A DNA stretch of 64,000 bases, from positions 16,058,001-16,122,000 of the forward strand of contig OZ365112.1 of assembly GCA_977030845.1 (NCBI GenBank), in the 5' to 3' direction. Positions 1 through 13,132 of the stretch are shown in pieces. Source of the DNA: Fimbriosthenelais zetlandica. Lineage: Eukaryota. The translations under genes and the position numbers were made by a program. Position 1 is the stretch's first letter. Each line of letters begins with the position of its first letter. The notes under the pieces are model-generated. The model was not told the origin of the DNA. It did not search any database and saw only the letters and a list, made by a program, of their open reading frames with translations.

Positions 1-87
1 AGGCTGATAGATCTGATGATAAACTCATGGCCATGGAAAAGCCTTCTGTTTTACATAAAATGTTTAAATCGTTCCTTTCTTTTACAG

Positions 88-146
88 TTAACGGGCACGG
101 CGAGGGCACAGAAAATAACACAACAAATGGGGAACCCCGAACAGAT
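88..146 (+). CDS. Pax2/5/8: Internal coding exon of Pax2/5/8-like gene (first exon visible; xNGHGEGTENNTTNGEPRTD)
   Basis: Acceptor ttcctttcttttacag and donor GAT|gtaagt; 59 nt, phase 1 in and phase 0 out; joins the 791 exon in frame. Low-complexity peptide, assigned to Pax only through the exon chain. Confidence 0.7.
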
Positions 147-790
147 GTAAGTCCACATTGATACATTTCATGTTTACCGACAAATAAAAATGTATACCCG
201 CTAAAAATGCCCCTTTTACCAGCTCATTTATTTCCTTGTCAGATTTTCAAATTTTCAAAAAGAATTGTCATTTTGTTTGCAATTTAACACACCATTTAAC
301 CTAAGTTTTTCTTTTAAACAAAGACTTTTAACTACTGTCAGTGACTGTTTATTAACTTGTATAAGTGCAAGGCACATGTCGTAACGAGAAAAAAAACTGA
401 AGACACTTGAGGGCATTAGCTCACAGGCGTGGCCAACAAATTTCTGAAACACATTATACCTCCATACCTTTTGAACATATGTCATTAGAAGCAAAATGAG
501 GTCATATCGATCATTTTCATACTTGGCACAGCTCCAACGATTCACTTTCTTTAAAGTATTTGAACTGACGGTAATTTCACCGACCTCATTTGATGACAGT
601 TTAAATGAATTAATTAGTATATTAGAACTTATTTTATAACCGGCCCTCATGATTTATGTGATCTAATGTGTCTTTCTTAGCATGTGTAAAATATGCACTC
701 ACTGACGTCTGAAAGGATACAAAGACCCACATAATGAAATGTATTGAACAATTACCACTGTAACGTTTCTTTGATCTTTTTTCCCCACAG

Positions 791-1082
791 ATACCACAGT
801 TACCACAGATTTGGTTTGAACCAAGCACCAAAATCATCAAGCGTGACGACAGTACGCCCGAACTGCAACCGGCGCCCCCCACTAACATCTACGCCCAGTT
901 CCCTTATACGCCTACGTCCCAAGCAGACAACGATCCTATCAAGACAGCCAGCCATCCCCAACAACAACCCAGTACGGTGGACTATAACGCCCTCAGTAAT
1001 CTTACTACCACCATGGCTAACCCAACCCATAACGTGTCTGACGTCCACACAAGCTCAGCTCCTACATTCACCCCTTCATTAG
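791..1082 (+). CDS. Pax2/5/8: Internal coding exon, Pro/Ser/Thr-rich (IPQLPQIWFEPSTKIIKRDDSTPELQPAPP...SSAPTFTPSL)
   Basis: Acceptor tttttccccacag and donor TAG|gtcagt; 292 nt open in phase 0, ending in phase 1. The ORF track shows other frames here. Confidence 0.75.
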
Positions 1083-1875
1083 GTCAGTATTACCACATTT
1101 TACATAATTAAATTGGTTAAAGGACGCGGCCGACACAGGCTGGGGGGTAATAAAAATCTTCACCATAATCATGTTGTGAATGGAATGATTATGCAAGTAT
1201 GTTCGGTGGTATAGGGGATAATGGCCACCATAGTATTGACACTAACGATGATCTGGTAGCCCCCCTCACGCTTGGAGGCCTCAGTCTCAAGGTCAGACAA
1301 AATCAACAGCAAAGTGAAATACTACTTCCTGTCCCGCCCGCTCACAGTGCCACCTATAGGGCGCATCCAGACTAATGACCCATCGTGTCAAGTACTGACC
1401 CAGGTCTGCTTTTAAAACATCATAGAAAGTGAAAACTTAGATGTAATCCATCCGCCATAGTCTATACATAGGTTGGCGAGGTATATAGACCATTCCTATT
1501 TTATTTCAGACTATGCTATGTTCTTCATAGGTATTCCTTTGATGCTCTGCCGCACGCATTCCCACATGGAGGTGTGGGCGGCTATCTGAGCCGGGAGTTG
1601 GGTGGATCACTCTCAGTTGGGATCTGTTTTGAAATTCGAAGCAAGGTCCAATGAATGTCAATCCACCATTGACCTGTGGTCCCATTATACCAGGTGTGGA
1701 AATGGTAGTCGCTTGACACCCAGCTGGTGATAGGGTGACCTGTATATACTCTGTCTATGGAGGTTAGTATGAATTCAACTGAATGTGGACGTGCTAGAGA
1801 CCTGAGCTGGCATGGAATGAGATGAGATCCTAATGTGATACTCATGATTGTTTTGAAGTCATGCTACTCAAATAC

Positions 1876-1888
1876 GGGGGGGGGGGGG
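1876..1888. repeat. Poly-G run (13 G)
   Basis: Directly visible homopolymer. Confidence 0.9.
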
Positions 1889-4800
1889 CATTTGACTCCC
1901 TACACCCCCTCCCTCCTCATGTCCCCCTTCAAAGTAGAACGTGAGCGGGCACCATTTCACCCTTTCTAAACAAGTGGAGTGGATACTTCAAAGTGACCAC
2001 ACTGAAATGTCTGTTTACGTGGACAGTACCCAAAAGAAAACAATTCTCAATAGAAAACACTACTTTAGCGTAGAACATATAATAAGCATTCTATTGTTGC
2101 AACCACTGAGGAATATCCGCTCTAACACGCTTAGAATCAGTTGGCAAATTGAGATATGAGTATAAGGCCTACAAGGGCTTGTGAATGTATTGTTATTTAG
2201 AGGGTGTGACTGGACTTAATTTATACACACTAGCTACACTTGTGTATCATCCATTCTTGCACCTGTCCACTCCGGATTCAATTTCCTAGAATTACCCACC
2301 GGATATCCATGGAATTTCTCGATATTTCATGCTCTCCGGTCAGGGTTATTTGTGGACTGGTGTGTCTGGCAGCATAGTTGGACATTAACTTAATTTATGG
2401 CACATTAATCAAGGTAAAGAATTGCTAACCCTTTTGCGACTGCCTTTTCAATGCAACGCCCAATTGCGGTGTATCATCACGCAAAAACAGAAGATTCAGT
2501 TTAAATCCATTATGATGATACTGGAAATACTTTTTCTGCATACTGAGACCCAAAGTTTCCTTAGTCGATGGGAAGCCCTGGATGATCTAGGAGAAAACTT
2601 CCATGCACTAACAAACGCCTCACACAAATGGAGTAGGCTAAAAGGAATGGGGATTCCTTTGAAGACAGTTGGTTCCAGTTAATGAGCTTTTGAAGCAAAC
2701 TGTGTTTGTCCATCAAGAGCTTTATAAATTATAAAGACAAGACTGTTAGGCATTTTGGTCCCTTTGAACCGCAGCTTTCTAAGAAGTTCCAATGACATGT
2801 TGAAAACTCATCATTTTAGGCAAAATTAATCACAAATCCTGCCATTCATGTCGCTGCATGTAATTAAGTTAGCGCGTCGAAGCGGAGACTTCTAAAGCTC
2901 ATACGAATCCCTGAAGAAAGCTGGATTTAAACGGTTTAGCAATCCCCCATTGTGTGGAAAATTGGACTGAAAATTGGGCATTATTCCCCTTTACGATTGG
3001 CCATCTCCCTTTGCCAATAAAGAAGTGTTTCGTATCGGGGCAGGAAGTGCCCTTGTGGCTTGAGAAGATAGGATTTCAGTTGATCGGGTGAGGAGCAGAC
3101 TGCTCGGATTGTGTGAGGTTATTTCCCCGCTCCTCCTTGGCCTGGCTGGCGCGCCCCCCTCCAAGGCGCACCCTGGAGAAGGCAGCCTCCCATGTGGAGC
3201 ACGGGGCTGTCGGCGGGAGGCTCCTCCTGGCTCTCCCGTCTCGGCCATGTTGGGTTTTGAAGGATAGATGACTATCCCTGGCTCCTCATTTCCTCCATTC
3301 TCTCAGCTCTCTGCCTTTTCAGCCGAGATCACAGACGTAGACTCTCATCAAACCTTCATGTAGTATCTTCTTCAGAGTCACCTACATTGGGGCACAATGG
3401 ACTGGCTCCATATGGGTACAATCAGGTAGTTCATGGATCTGTTGGGTACCAGTGCCACGTCTTCTCTACTTAACACAAACCAGACACCAGCCTCATGACA
3501 GGAGGTACGAAAGTCACTTCCGCGACCATTAACAGAACGTTTAAGACTGTCAAAGCATAGTTAACTAGGTAACGAGTCCCTGTCTGCAAGCATTCTACAG
3601 AATGTGGTGATATCTCTACAATGTTTTATCTGCCTGAGGAAGTAAAATTATTTAATGACACTGTAATAGTGATTTATAATGATTTCACCTATTCGGAAAT
3701 TCCCTTCAAACCTATCCTAGTGTTGGGGGAGCAGTTCAGCTGATGTTAGCATTAATTTGGCGCGTTGCTATTAATGTATTGAGGTCATTGCTCCCCAGGG
3801 AGGAGCCCTTCCTTTGAGGGACAGAGGCCTGGGTGGATGAGCATGTAACACACACGTCCTCTCCCCAACTATCACTTACCATGTATAAACACGCTCAGGT
3901 GCTAACATTCTACACCCACTGCCGCTCTTTAGCGCTGTTTACATTTTAGTTATACTTGAAAGAATGTTTACACGGCTCTACCCCCCGGTCCCCCATCATA
4001 AAGACATATCACTTAAGATGTTACAAGCATGCAAACAAATACGCAAACATCATTTAACCCCAGGAGACGTGTATAGGCCAAATATATTTGGATGTCTGGT
4101 TGAATCTGCTGATACAAAGAAGAATCCTTTTGAATATCAGCATGATAAGATCGTAACTAGTCTCTTACTGTGGGTAAATGTCATAACCTTTTTACAGCAT
4201 CGTAAGAAGTGATATAGCTTTAGGTTGGCAGATAAAAACTATATAGAATGTGACGTGGACCATATATACCCATGATTCTCGGGGCGCTGAATATTATCAT
4301 AGCAGTCTGGGACTGTAGAGAGGCAATCACCGGTGACTGGATCTGCTTATTACAGTTGACAAGAGACACTCGGGGGCAGAGTTGGAGATGTCAAAGCCCA
4401 GAGGTACATGTAGAATAACATTACACCCCGGCCAGGCCGATGGTGGCGTCGCTTGGCGGCTTTTCTAGCAGTTATCTTATCATCATCTGCTTCCCCCTGA
4501 CCCAGCAATCTTAGAGCTACTCGCCTGATGGTGCCCGAGTCACTCACCACGGTGGCAGATGATAACTGTCATCATTGGACTAAACACATGGGCATGATAA
4601 GGAACAGTTTGTGGCCTTGGGAAGACATGATGTTCACCATAGAAACAATGTTAACCTTGGGGGATGAAGGGGAAGAAAATGTCAGACTGACGTCCTCCTT
4701 CTAGCGAAGAAAGCTCTACATTTCCTTTGGGAATTACTGGTTTTGTTCCTTTGGAGATGACGCTGGTCTATTTGGTGATCTTGGGTCGCTATTTGAAGAG

Positions 4801-5440
4801 GGATGAGCGATGATAGGCGCGCTTACCGCGCCGGAAGTAGCAGGGGACCCGGGGAATCGTAGGGTGATCTCCACAGCGCCTCACCACGACGCCCATTAAA
4901 ACTAGCGGCTTGAGCATCCAAGATCTAAGACCTTGGTGACGTCATAGAGAGATGTCATGCTACGTCGTGGTGGTGGCCTGCTGGGGGACGGTGCCCTCCT
5001 GACGAGGGTCTCTATAAAACCATCTATATCTTCATCGAGGTGAATTTTCTGGAGCCATTCGTGGGGCACAAAGTCTAAATCCTACTGAGATGTAAAGACG
5101 GACATCTTCCTTTCCCTAACTTAGTCTGACACTGAATAACGACTTGAATGTATGCCCTTCCTTAGAACATTAAAATGCACGTCTTTAGGAAAAGAATAAA
5201 TAATATAAATTTCATGGCATGGAAATTAATGAAGTTTTTAAAGATGCAAAGGTACAAGTTTTATGTAATCACTGTACTTGGAGTGTGTCTAGTTTATTTC
5301 TGTGAAGATATTAAATGCACGTGAATGATATTTAATCTAGTGATTAGTCTTTAGTCTGCATGTTTTGCCTTGATTCGTTGCTTGTTGTTGAGTGTAGTGT
5401 TGTGTCTATACGTGTGTGCTTTGTTGTTTAACACCTGTAG

Positions 5441-5686
5441 TGAACACAGTTCAGTTAACGTCGATGACCGGTGATGTGAAACCTACAGCCCTGATTATTA
5501 CCACGCCTGCCCTCCTCCAAGTTCAGCAACAACAGCAGCAGCAGGCACAACAGCAGCAGGTGCAGGTACAACAGCAGGTCCAGCAACAACAGCACCAACA
5601 ACAGCAGCAACAGCCAGAGCCTCAACAAGCTCAACAACCTGCCCAGCCTCAACAATCCACCACACCCGTCACACAGTATGCTGAAC
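5441..5686 (+). CDS. Pax2/5/8: Internal coding exon with polyglutamine tract (VNTVQLTSMTGDVKPTALIITTPALLQVQQQQ...TTPVTQYAE)
   Basis: Acceptor acacctgtag and donor AAC|gtaagt; 246 nt, phase 1-1; same frame as track ORF 5416..5706; mixed CAG/CAA codons. Confidence 0.8.
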
Positions 5687-6177
5687 GTAAGTTCCGCTTC
5701 CGGTGATGAACCATGTCACTATTGGGCGTCACTACCATCGTCCTTGCTTCAGGCCATTCATGAACAAAAACCCTGAAATATAGCATGATTTTGTGTGATA
5801 TAATTTGCATGATGCACTTTTGATATTGGCTTTTGATTTAACTGATTGGCGTGTGAAAATATAGTGCACTGTTTGCCCATTAGAAGTTTACCTACTTGAC
5901 TTAGTTCATGTGACAAAATACCTAGTAATTTGAATGTTATAGTAACTGTTATTTGCCTTGCAAACTTAATTTAATCCTTGGCATGATCATACTCCAACAC
6001 CTTGATTCAAAAATTCCTCTGCATCTGATTAACTATAACTTCTTTGATGTCACCATTATTTGCATCTCAGTTGGTAAATTAGAGCCCAAAACTTGAATCG
6101 AGGGTGCAAGAGGCAATGTTGTTTTATCGTCAGGAATAGACTGAGAAATAATCTTTTTCTTGCCTGGTGGTTTTCAG

Positions 6178-6315
6178 CGAACAACAACAATCCGGCAGGC
6201 ACCCCAACTTCTGGGAGCTCTCCCGCACCAGAGGGGCATACCAAAGGACAAGATGAGCTTACAGAGCTCAAACCTGTTCAGGCCACCTACCTCCCGAGCT
6301 TCAGCCCATACACCA
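6178..6315 (+). CDS. Pax2/5/8: Internal coding exon (PNNNNPAGTPTSGSSPAPEGHTKGQDELTELKPVQATYLPSFSPYT)
   Basis: Acceptor ggttttcag and donor CCA|gtaagt; 138 nt, phase 1-1; ELTELKP loosely resembles GLDEVKS of vertebrate PAX2 (recalled sequence). Confidence 0.8.
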
Positions 6316-8715
6316 GTAAGTGACACCCACCATTCCACACACCACAAACCACAGCAACACCATCATCTACATAGACTATAGATATTGGTGCTCTCCCCAT
6401 CATTGTCATCATGGGACCATTTACAGTTCATATCCCTAGTGACTTTCTAATCTGCGTACACTGACCCTCTGTGGTTTTGGGTGCCCCCATCATCTGCGGT
6501 GTAGGTACTTCAGTATTAAGAATCCATATGGAAGGATTTTCAAAACAACTACCACTAACAGCCTTGCAAAAGTTATAGCAGAACAACTCGTAATTTTAAC
6601 CCCAGGTAGACAGTTACTAATGCTAATTTTAGGCCGTTCTATACATATTTTCCCATTAGTTAAATGTCACTTATCTCCAGATGTGCCCCGAAAGTTTGGT
6701 AATTTTTTCCTTTCATATAAGAATCGCCTTGTGTGGCCTGCATACTATTGCTTAAAAAAATGGCTTTGTCCACCAGGAATGTGGATTAGGCAAGTGAAAA
6801 AAACACAGCCCCCATGAAATAAACAAGCAGCCCCGGTATTTTAGCTCTTGCCAGCAGTCGCACAATACATTACAGACTTGAAGGCAGGCGCTCTATTGAA
6901 TAGTGGGCTGGGTGGGATAGACAGGACCTACCGGGATAGCGTACATCAGAGCTTCTCACAGCCACTTGGAGAGTAACTCACACAAGAAATCTAAGCCAGA
7001 AAGAAGCTGGAGCTGCCAGCTCAGGTTAGCTTGTTAAATCATTACTGGGGAAATCGGCAGTAAAACTCATCTGTTGGCGACCTTTTGCTCTTCACTTCAA
7101 TTTGCCCCCAATTACAGCTCGGGAAAAGCTCACTTTGAAGCTTCAAATCAAAGATGGCGCGGGCTGACATCGGCGGTGAAGGGGCAGGTCTGATTTTCAT
7201 TATGGAGGGTCAGGGGACATGTGTTGGTGGGGATGGAGATGCCGGGACCTCGGACTGACATATGGAGTCTGGTTACACTTAGGTCACTGATCGCTTGTAA
7301 ATTGCCCCTCTTTGCTGGAGAAGATGGAGTGTTGCTGACCTGATACCAGATCCCATGGATCCAATAGAAGCTCTCTTCAGATCTTTTCACGTTTTTGCAA
7401 CTGTTTTCCCGACAATAGATAAATCTTTACCAGCTTTAAAAAAATATTCCTGAAAGGTCAAAGGCGATGTCTATTTTGAGATGGCAAAGCATCCCCGAAA
7501 AACAATCTGATCCATGTAACACCATTACTGCTAGAGTATTCTCTATGAAATTAAGATTTAGTCAGAATAGATATAGATAGAAATAACCATCTGGGGCCTC
7601 TTTCAACTTTATTTATAAAAACGTATTTTCTGTAGCTTATCTGGGCCATGTGTTAAGAAAGGGAAGGAAGCCACACGAGGAAGCCTTGTGAAACAGGGCT
7701 AGGTTGACACAGTGGCGCCCTCTCCGGAGTGCTAGAATGGTAGTTAGGCGGCTATAGTGCCGCTTTTTTTCTCACTGGCGTCACTTCCGGGAGGCAGTTG
7801 CCAAGCACCGAGCTCTCGCTGGTCTCTTTGATCTCATGAGATTGATGATGGGTCGGGACATGCGCCCTCTGTTGCCTGTCGGGGAGACTGGTATCAGACA
7901 CTCTACTAGTGGAATAGGTTTCAAAGATCTTCACAGCATCTTAGGGGAAAGTGTGCTTTAGATACTGCCATTGCTCCTGATCTGAGCGGGCCGTGGGGTG
8001 GCGCTGCAGTGATGAGCCCACAATTCACTATAAATACGTGGCTTCTTCCTGCCCCAGGCGGCTGCATTCATCATAGCTAATTATTCTCTGCACATTTCCC
8101 ACAAAAAGCGAAAGGCATTCTTTACCGCAATAACATGAAGCAGGCTGTTTCAGAACGACTGTGGGTCTTTATAATGAGATGCTCATTTATTATCCATTTT
8201 GAATTATTGTTTACTTTAATGATTAAACTCTTGTCCATCATTATCAATATGGGCAGTCCTGGCATACCACTCAGGACTTGTATACATGTAGTTTCTATGG
8301 TGATTATCTGCTGTTTTATTGCTGTACTTGACTCCTAAATGTTACGGAAGAATTATGTCCTGTGCTCCCTGCTTGTTGCCCATGTGTTTCTGTCGGTTGG
8401 TCCTATTTTTAGAGAGGATTGTCGAAGGTGTTCTGGATTATTGCCGGGTTAGCCTATAGGGGCAAGGAAAGACAGTTTCCTAGAATATTTGAGGGAGAAT
8501 AGTCCTTTCTACATCGGGCTTGATCCATTAATACTATTACTAATGATAATAAATGCTGCATTTCTACAATCATTTGGACTGGGCTACCACCAGTATTCCT
8601 CCAACTGACACTGCACAACATAAACCTTGTAATGGCTTTTCTATCTCTGAGGGATCTAAAAGATTTTTTCACCAGCCTACACTTACATCTCCGGTTTGGC
8701 TCTTATCTATTCCAG

Positions 8716-8832
8716 CTCAATCCAGCTACAGTAGTTCACACACACCATACTCGAATCAATCGGTGGCTGGGATAGTTCCCCCTCTAGTCCTACCGCCCGG
8801 CTCTGCCAGCTACAACCCAGGCACCATGGCAG
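8716..8832 (+). CDS. Pax2/5/8: Coding exon, start of Pax2/5/8 transactivation region (TQSSYSSSHTPYSNQSVAGIVPPLVLPPGSASYNPGTMAG)
   Basis: Acceptor tcttatctattccag and donor CAG|gtgagg; 117 nt, phase 1-1. VAGIVPPLVLPPGSASYNPGTMAG aligns with PAX2 [23 protein letters not shown] (recalled). Confidence 0.85.
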
Positions 8833-11234
8833 GTGAGGGGACGCTCAGGCAGCTAGTTATGACGCCTGATGTGACGTCATCATTACTCATGTCACCACCC
8901 AATCGCATGCGCAGATTGGGTTTTTTGTTGGTTGTCTTGTCAATCTAACTTTTGTTTTGTTTTGGCACCCCATAGAGGGAGTGTGGCTGCTGCATGTTGG
9001 GTTTGAATGGAATCTACCCAAAGTTATCGCTTCATATACTGCATGTTTAAATCTGATTCTACATGAGTTGGATTCGTTTAGTTTCCTTGTTTATCAATGG
9101 ATGATTTGCTTTGCTCCCTGATGCCTGTTATGCGCTATGCTTCAATTATCCAAACATTAGACAGATACAGCAAACATTACCCACAATCCAACACATCTAC
9201 ATCTGCATGCTTCGCTATTATAACGACATCCTCATTTGCTTCCTTAACCGTGTTTGTGATGTGACTTTTTTCTTTCAACTTGCATAATTCCCCTTTGTTT
9301 TTCCTTACGTTTTCACTCCTTGAGAAATAGAAGAATACGGGCTTGATATCCCATGATATTCAAAAGCATAGTTTATAATATGTATGTATACATTCAGAGC
9401 AATGGAAAATGGTGCGATGGTCCCCTAGGGAAAATGGGCCTATTTAAAACAACCAATTAAATTATACAATTATAGCTAGCGGTTTGTTCAAATGCTTAGA
9501 AGTGCATCCCGGGCATTATCAAAGAGAATCAGTATGCTAACGATTAGAGCTACGAGGGACGCCATGTAAACCATCATCAAGACTATACTTGCCTGTGATG
9601 GCGTCCAGTTTTGGCGAGGGCGCGCCAATTTGTAGTTTCATTATGTACACCTGCGATTGTCGTCACTGCACGTGGAAAACAAACGCCGCCCTTGCACACG
9701 CAGACACAAACATCGCCTCTTAGGTTTCTCTCCGCAGTGAGACCCGCTGATGACTGGCCGTCAGTTCTCAGGGGGAGATTTTTCTCTCTGAAGATATGCG
9801 CCCCTATTCCCAGATGTGGCGCGACCAGTGGGATGAATTTATAAGCATTTATTCCCCCGCTTCCTGATCGGCCGGGCGTAAAAGTAAAACCTGGCCGCAT
9901 CAAAGTCCGCCCCGTAACGTGAATCAGATGAGGAGACAGCTCTAACACGTGGTCCTAGTTGAGCTTGTGCATTATAGCCGAGAAATAATTTAAATATAAT
10001 AGAGAGGGGCAGCTGGAAACTCCAGGTTCTGGGGAGAAAAACTTAGTTGTTGATGAACTTGACTTTAACCTATAAGGTTTGCGACGGATTAGTCCTATAA
10101 TGGGAAGTCAAGGACTTGACTAGATCAAAAGACAAGGAGAGAATAAAGTGAACTGCTCGATTTAAAATGGGGCGAGTTCGCCCACTTACCACAGCTGGCA
10201 ACGCGCCCCACGTGTATTTATGTTTACTTACATTGCCATCCAAATTTGTACGATTCTTTTAAATCCAAACTTCCAAAAACTTCATTTTGATATTGCCGAG
10301 TATATTAGGCCTACATAATCGTGTTTGTAAGACAAAATCAAAGTTTAAATGGAAGTTTCCAATTTAAACTGTATAGAATTCTTAATTGATTTTGATAATA
10401 CAATTTGACCACAATTTGTAAGAGTCCAATTTCATATGATGGACTGCGAAAGTTGTGTCTGAACTTGTTGCATTGACATATTGTAACAACGCAACAATAA
10501 GTCAGTTATGCTCGTCACGCCACATTGTTACTCGTCCCACATTATGATAGAATTGTGTAAGTTACGGGCCTGGACCTGTCCTTATCATCATATATATCTC
10601 CCTTGATGCGTTACTGATCACAGGAACTCATTCTCTTGTCTTGTTGCACCTGTCGTGTAGCTTCAATGAAAAAACTCCGCCACTGCACAGGTGCACAGTA
10701 TGTGGTTCCTACCTATATCTGAGCTACCCCGCTACCACTGAGTGATATCTATTGCCACCCCCAGCTATGGAAGACAACTTACAGAGCTAGATTAAATTAC
10801 CAAATAGCTAGATGTTTCTTGTACGGTTTCCTTTGTCCTTCTGTTGCACCAAAGTTTCAGCTTTGACACGTTTTTTAATCTTATTACTATCACCTCAGCC
10901 TTCTATTTTCTCTGCATTTTCCTCCATTCCCTTTCCTGCATGATTTCATTTCCCTACACCTAACACAATTTGCCTCCCTAAAGATTTGTGATGAGTTATG
11001 AGATTTTTTTGAAACTCTTCTATCACAATAGTTATTACTTTAAACTTTTCAAGCTTTTCATTCCTTTGACTATAAAGGAACTGTTATATTAAGCACCAGA
11101 ACTGTTAGATGTAAAAATGTACTACTATTAATAATGTGTAATATATACTGTAAGTGTAACTTTTGAATCCCTTGATCTCTGCGTGTGCTAACAGTGTGAT
11201 AAACTTGTTTCTCTTTTTTCCATTAACTTTATAG

Positions 11235-11333
11235 GTAGCGAATATACAACTTACACAACAGTTCCATATACCCATACACATGCGCAATATGCCTATACTA
11301 CCGACCCAACCAGCTGGCCAATGAGATACACAA
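11235..11333 (+). CDS. Pax2/5/8: Coding exon of Pax2/5/8 C-terminal domain (GSEYTTYTTVPYTHTHAQYAYTTDPTSWPMRYT)
   Basis: Acceptor ttttttccattaactttatag and donor CAA|gtgagt; 99 nt, phase 1-1; aligns with PAX2 [23 protein letters not shown] (recalled). Too short for the ORF track. Confidence 0.85.
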
Positions 11334-11349
11334 GTGAGTACCACCATCA

Positions 11350-11364
11350 CCACTGGGGGGCGCC
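11350..11364 (+). promoter_or_regulatory. CTCF-like motif just downstream of the penultimate coding exon
   Basis: CCACTGGGGGGCGCC, one mismatch to the CCACNAGGGGGCGC core. Confidence 0.3.
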
Positions 11365-13004
11365 ATTTTCAGCATCTTCCGGTCACATGACCACGCCACC
11401 ATCTTTAATACATCATCAATAATAGGGAATATAAAATGAAAGTTTTTTGTGATGGATATCTTCACTGATATCAGTGCTCTTTCACGTGATCTTTAGAACT
11501 CCGTCCTATATTTGTTCAAAACAGATCTGCGAACTTAGGAACGGTCCTGGTCTCATTTCCATTAGTAACTATGTCTGACACGAGGAAGACCAAGTGGACA
11601 ATAGAGCGCTGCTTATTTGCATTTCTTTGTAGTAGATATATACATAAATCGACATCCTCTCGATAATCCATCATCTGTTGATGGGTAAACAAGAGTCGTA
11701 AATAGCCGGATGGACACGAGCCAAGATGGCACGTGGACGGCGCTCATTTATACCTCAGCCTTGTTTTCGGACAACAGCCACTTTTTCTAGACTTGTTCTG
11801 ACAACAAGGTGCCATTTAGTTAACATTGTAGCCTATGTGACGTCCATCTAAATGGGCACAGGCTTGACATTTCCTCACGTACACACCTCGCTTGTCTATT
11901 TGCTCCTACAAGTATATCTTGTATCAGTATCAAAGAAAATAAATACATGTATGGTGTATGAGGCGGATGTGATGCTGATGCCAATTATTAACTGGCAGAG
12001 TGCGCCAGTACGAGTACCCCGGCAGGGATGTCGTGGAGTTACCCAGAACATCAAAAACGTCATTCACTGAAGGGCAAACGTCAAGCCAAAATGACGTTTC
12101 ATTAGCGGCGTCTGAGGTGCCTTCCCCTTGAAAGTCGCCCCAACAAATCATAAATATGTCACCACTGCCTCTCAAAGTCACGTTGAGATCTCGTGGCAGG
12201 AGCGAGAGTGAATGTACTGAGAGGACGAGTCATTTAATGGCAGCCTTTGCGGTTTATAGATGGAAAATGTTTTCCAGTACTCCCTACGCCAGAAAGTTCA
12301 TTTCAACCCAGAGCACTGAATATCTAAAGTTGAAGATTCCAAAGAAATTATCTAGAATAAGTGTTAATTTATGTTGTTAAGTCTTGTCACTGATATTATT
12401 GATCACAGTCATAAGTCATTCTCTAATACCTTCATTCTGTCTCATCTCTAATGTTATGTTTGTCATGGATTGTGTGATAATTTAGTCACATATGCATGTG
12501 ATATATGTGTCAGTAAATATATGCATGAAGTTAAGTGGTAATATTTAGTTTAGTTTCCGTCGTGCTTTGGTCTTTAAGTCTAAGTTCCAGTTGAATTAAT
12601 TAATTCCCCATAATATAATTTTGATCATATCGTCTAAGATTTTGCCTGCGTTGTCTTGTGTTCGCATGTGGAGAATGGCTTTTGGATTTTAGATATCAAG
12701 TATTTTAAGTACCATAACCTGAACCTTTACTCAAATTAACAGGTTTACTAAATTTTGCAATCGGAGCCTATTTAACATCTTCCCGAGCCAATTATGTTTT
12801 GGAAGACATATTTGAAGAGGCAGGAATTCTGATAAATCCGACCGATTTTTTCCACATGTCCACACAGGATCATCGTTGTGCTTGTATATGTTGTCCTAAA
12901 TTGTTTTAAACATTGTTTGTGTCAAACTCTTCTGAAATCACGACGGTTCATCAGTGAGGTGTATAATGAAGTTCCTATTATTGCTCTTTAACCCTCATCT
13001 ACAG

Positions 13005-13132
13005 CGCCATATTATAATTACGCTCACAGTGGCTCAACCAGCGGTACAGCAGCAGGCCCAACTCCCAGCCCAGCCACAGGCGCAGCAGCCAGCAGCGCAG
13101 CCTTCCCAAAGAGAGAGTCCGATAGATGTTAG
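13005..13132 (+). CDS. Pax2/5/8: Terminal coding exon (TPYYNYAHSGSTSGTAAGPTPSPATGAAASSAAFPKRESDRC*)
   Basis: Acceptor ctttaaccctcatctacag, phase 1, stop TAG at 13130-13132. The pattern PYY...Ala-rich...DRC matches the PAX2 ending SPYYY...AAAYDRH (recalled). Confidence 0.85.

Noticed and set aside
255-650. 131-aa minus-strand ORF inside a Pax intron
   Set aside because: No recognisable domain and no splice or promoter support; treated as a chance ORF, though it is long for AT-rich DNA.
744-1082. Track ORF of 112 aa as a stand-alone gene
   Set aside because: Wrong frame of the Pax exon 791-1082; the splice phases select a different frame.
5455-5655. Leu-rich 'membrane' ORF on the minus strand
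   Set aside because: Antisense shadow of the CAG/CAA polyQ exon.
6134-6177. Upstream alternative acceptor (tttatcgtcag) for the 6178 exon
   Set aside because: With the phase-1 donor it gives C|GA ATA GAC TGA, an immediate stop.
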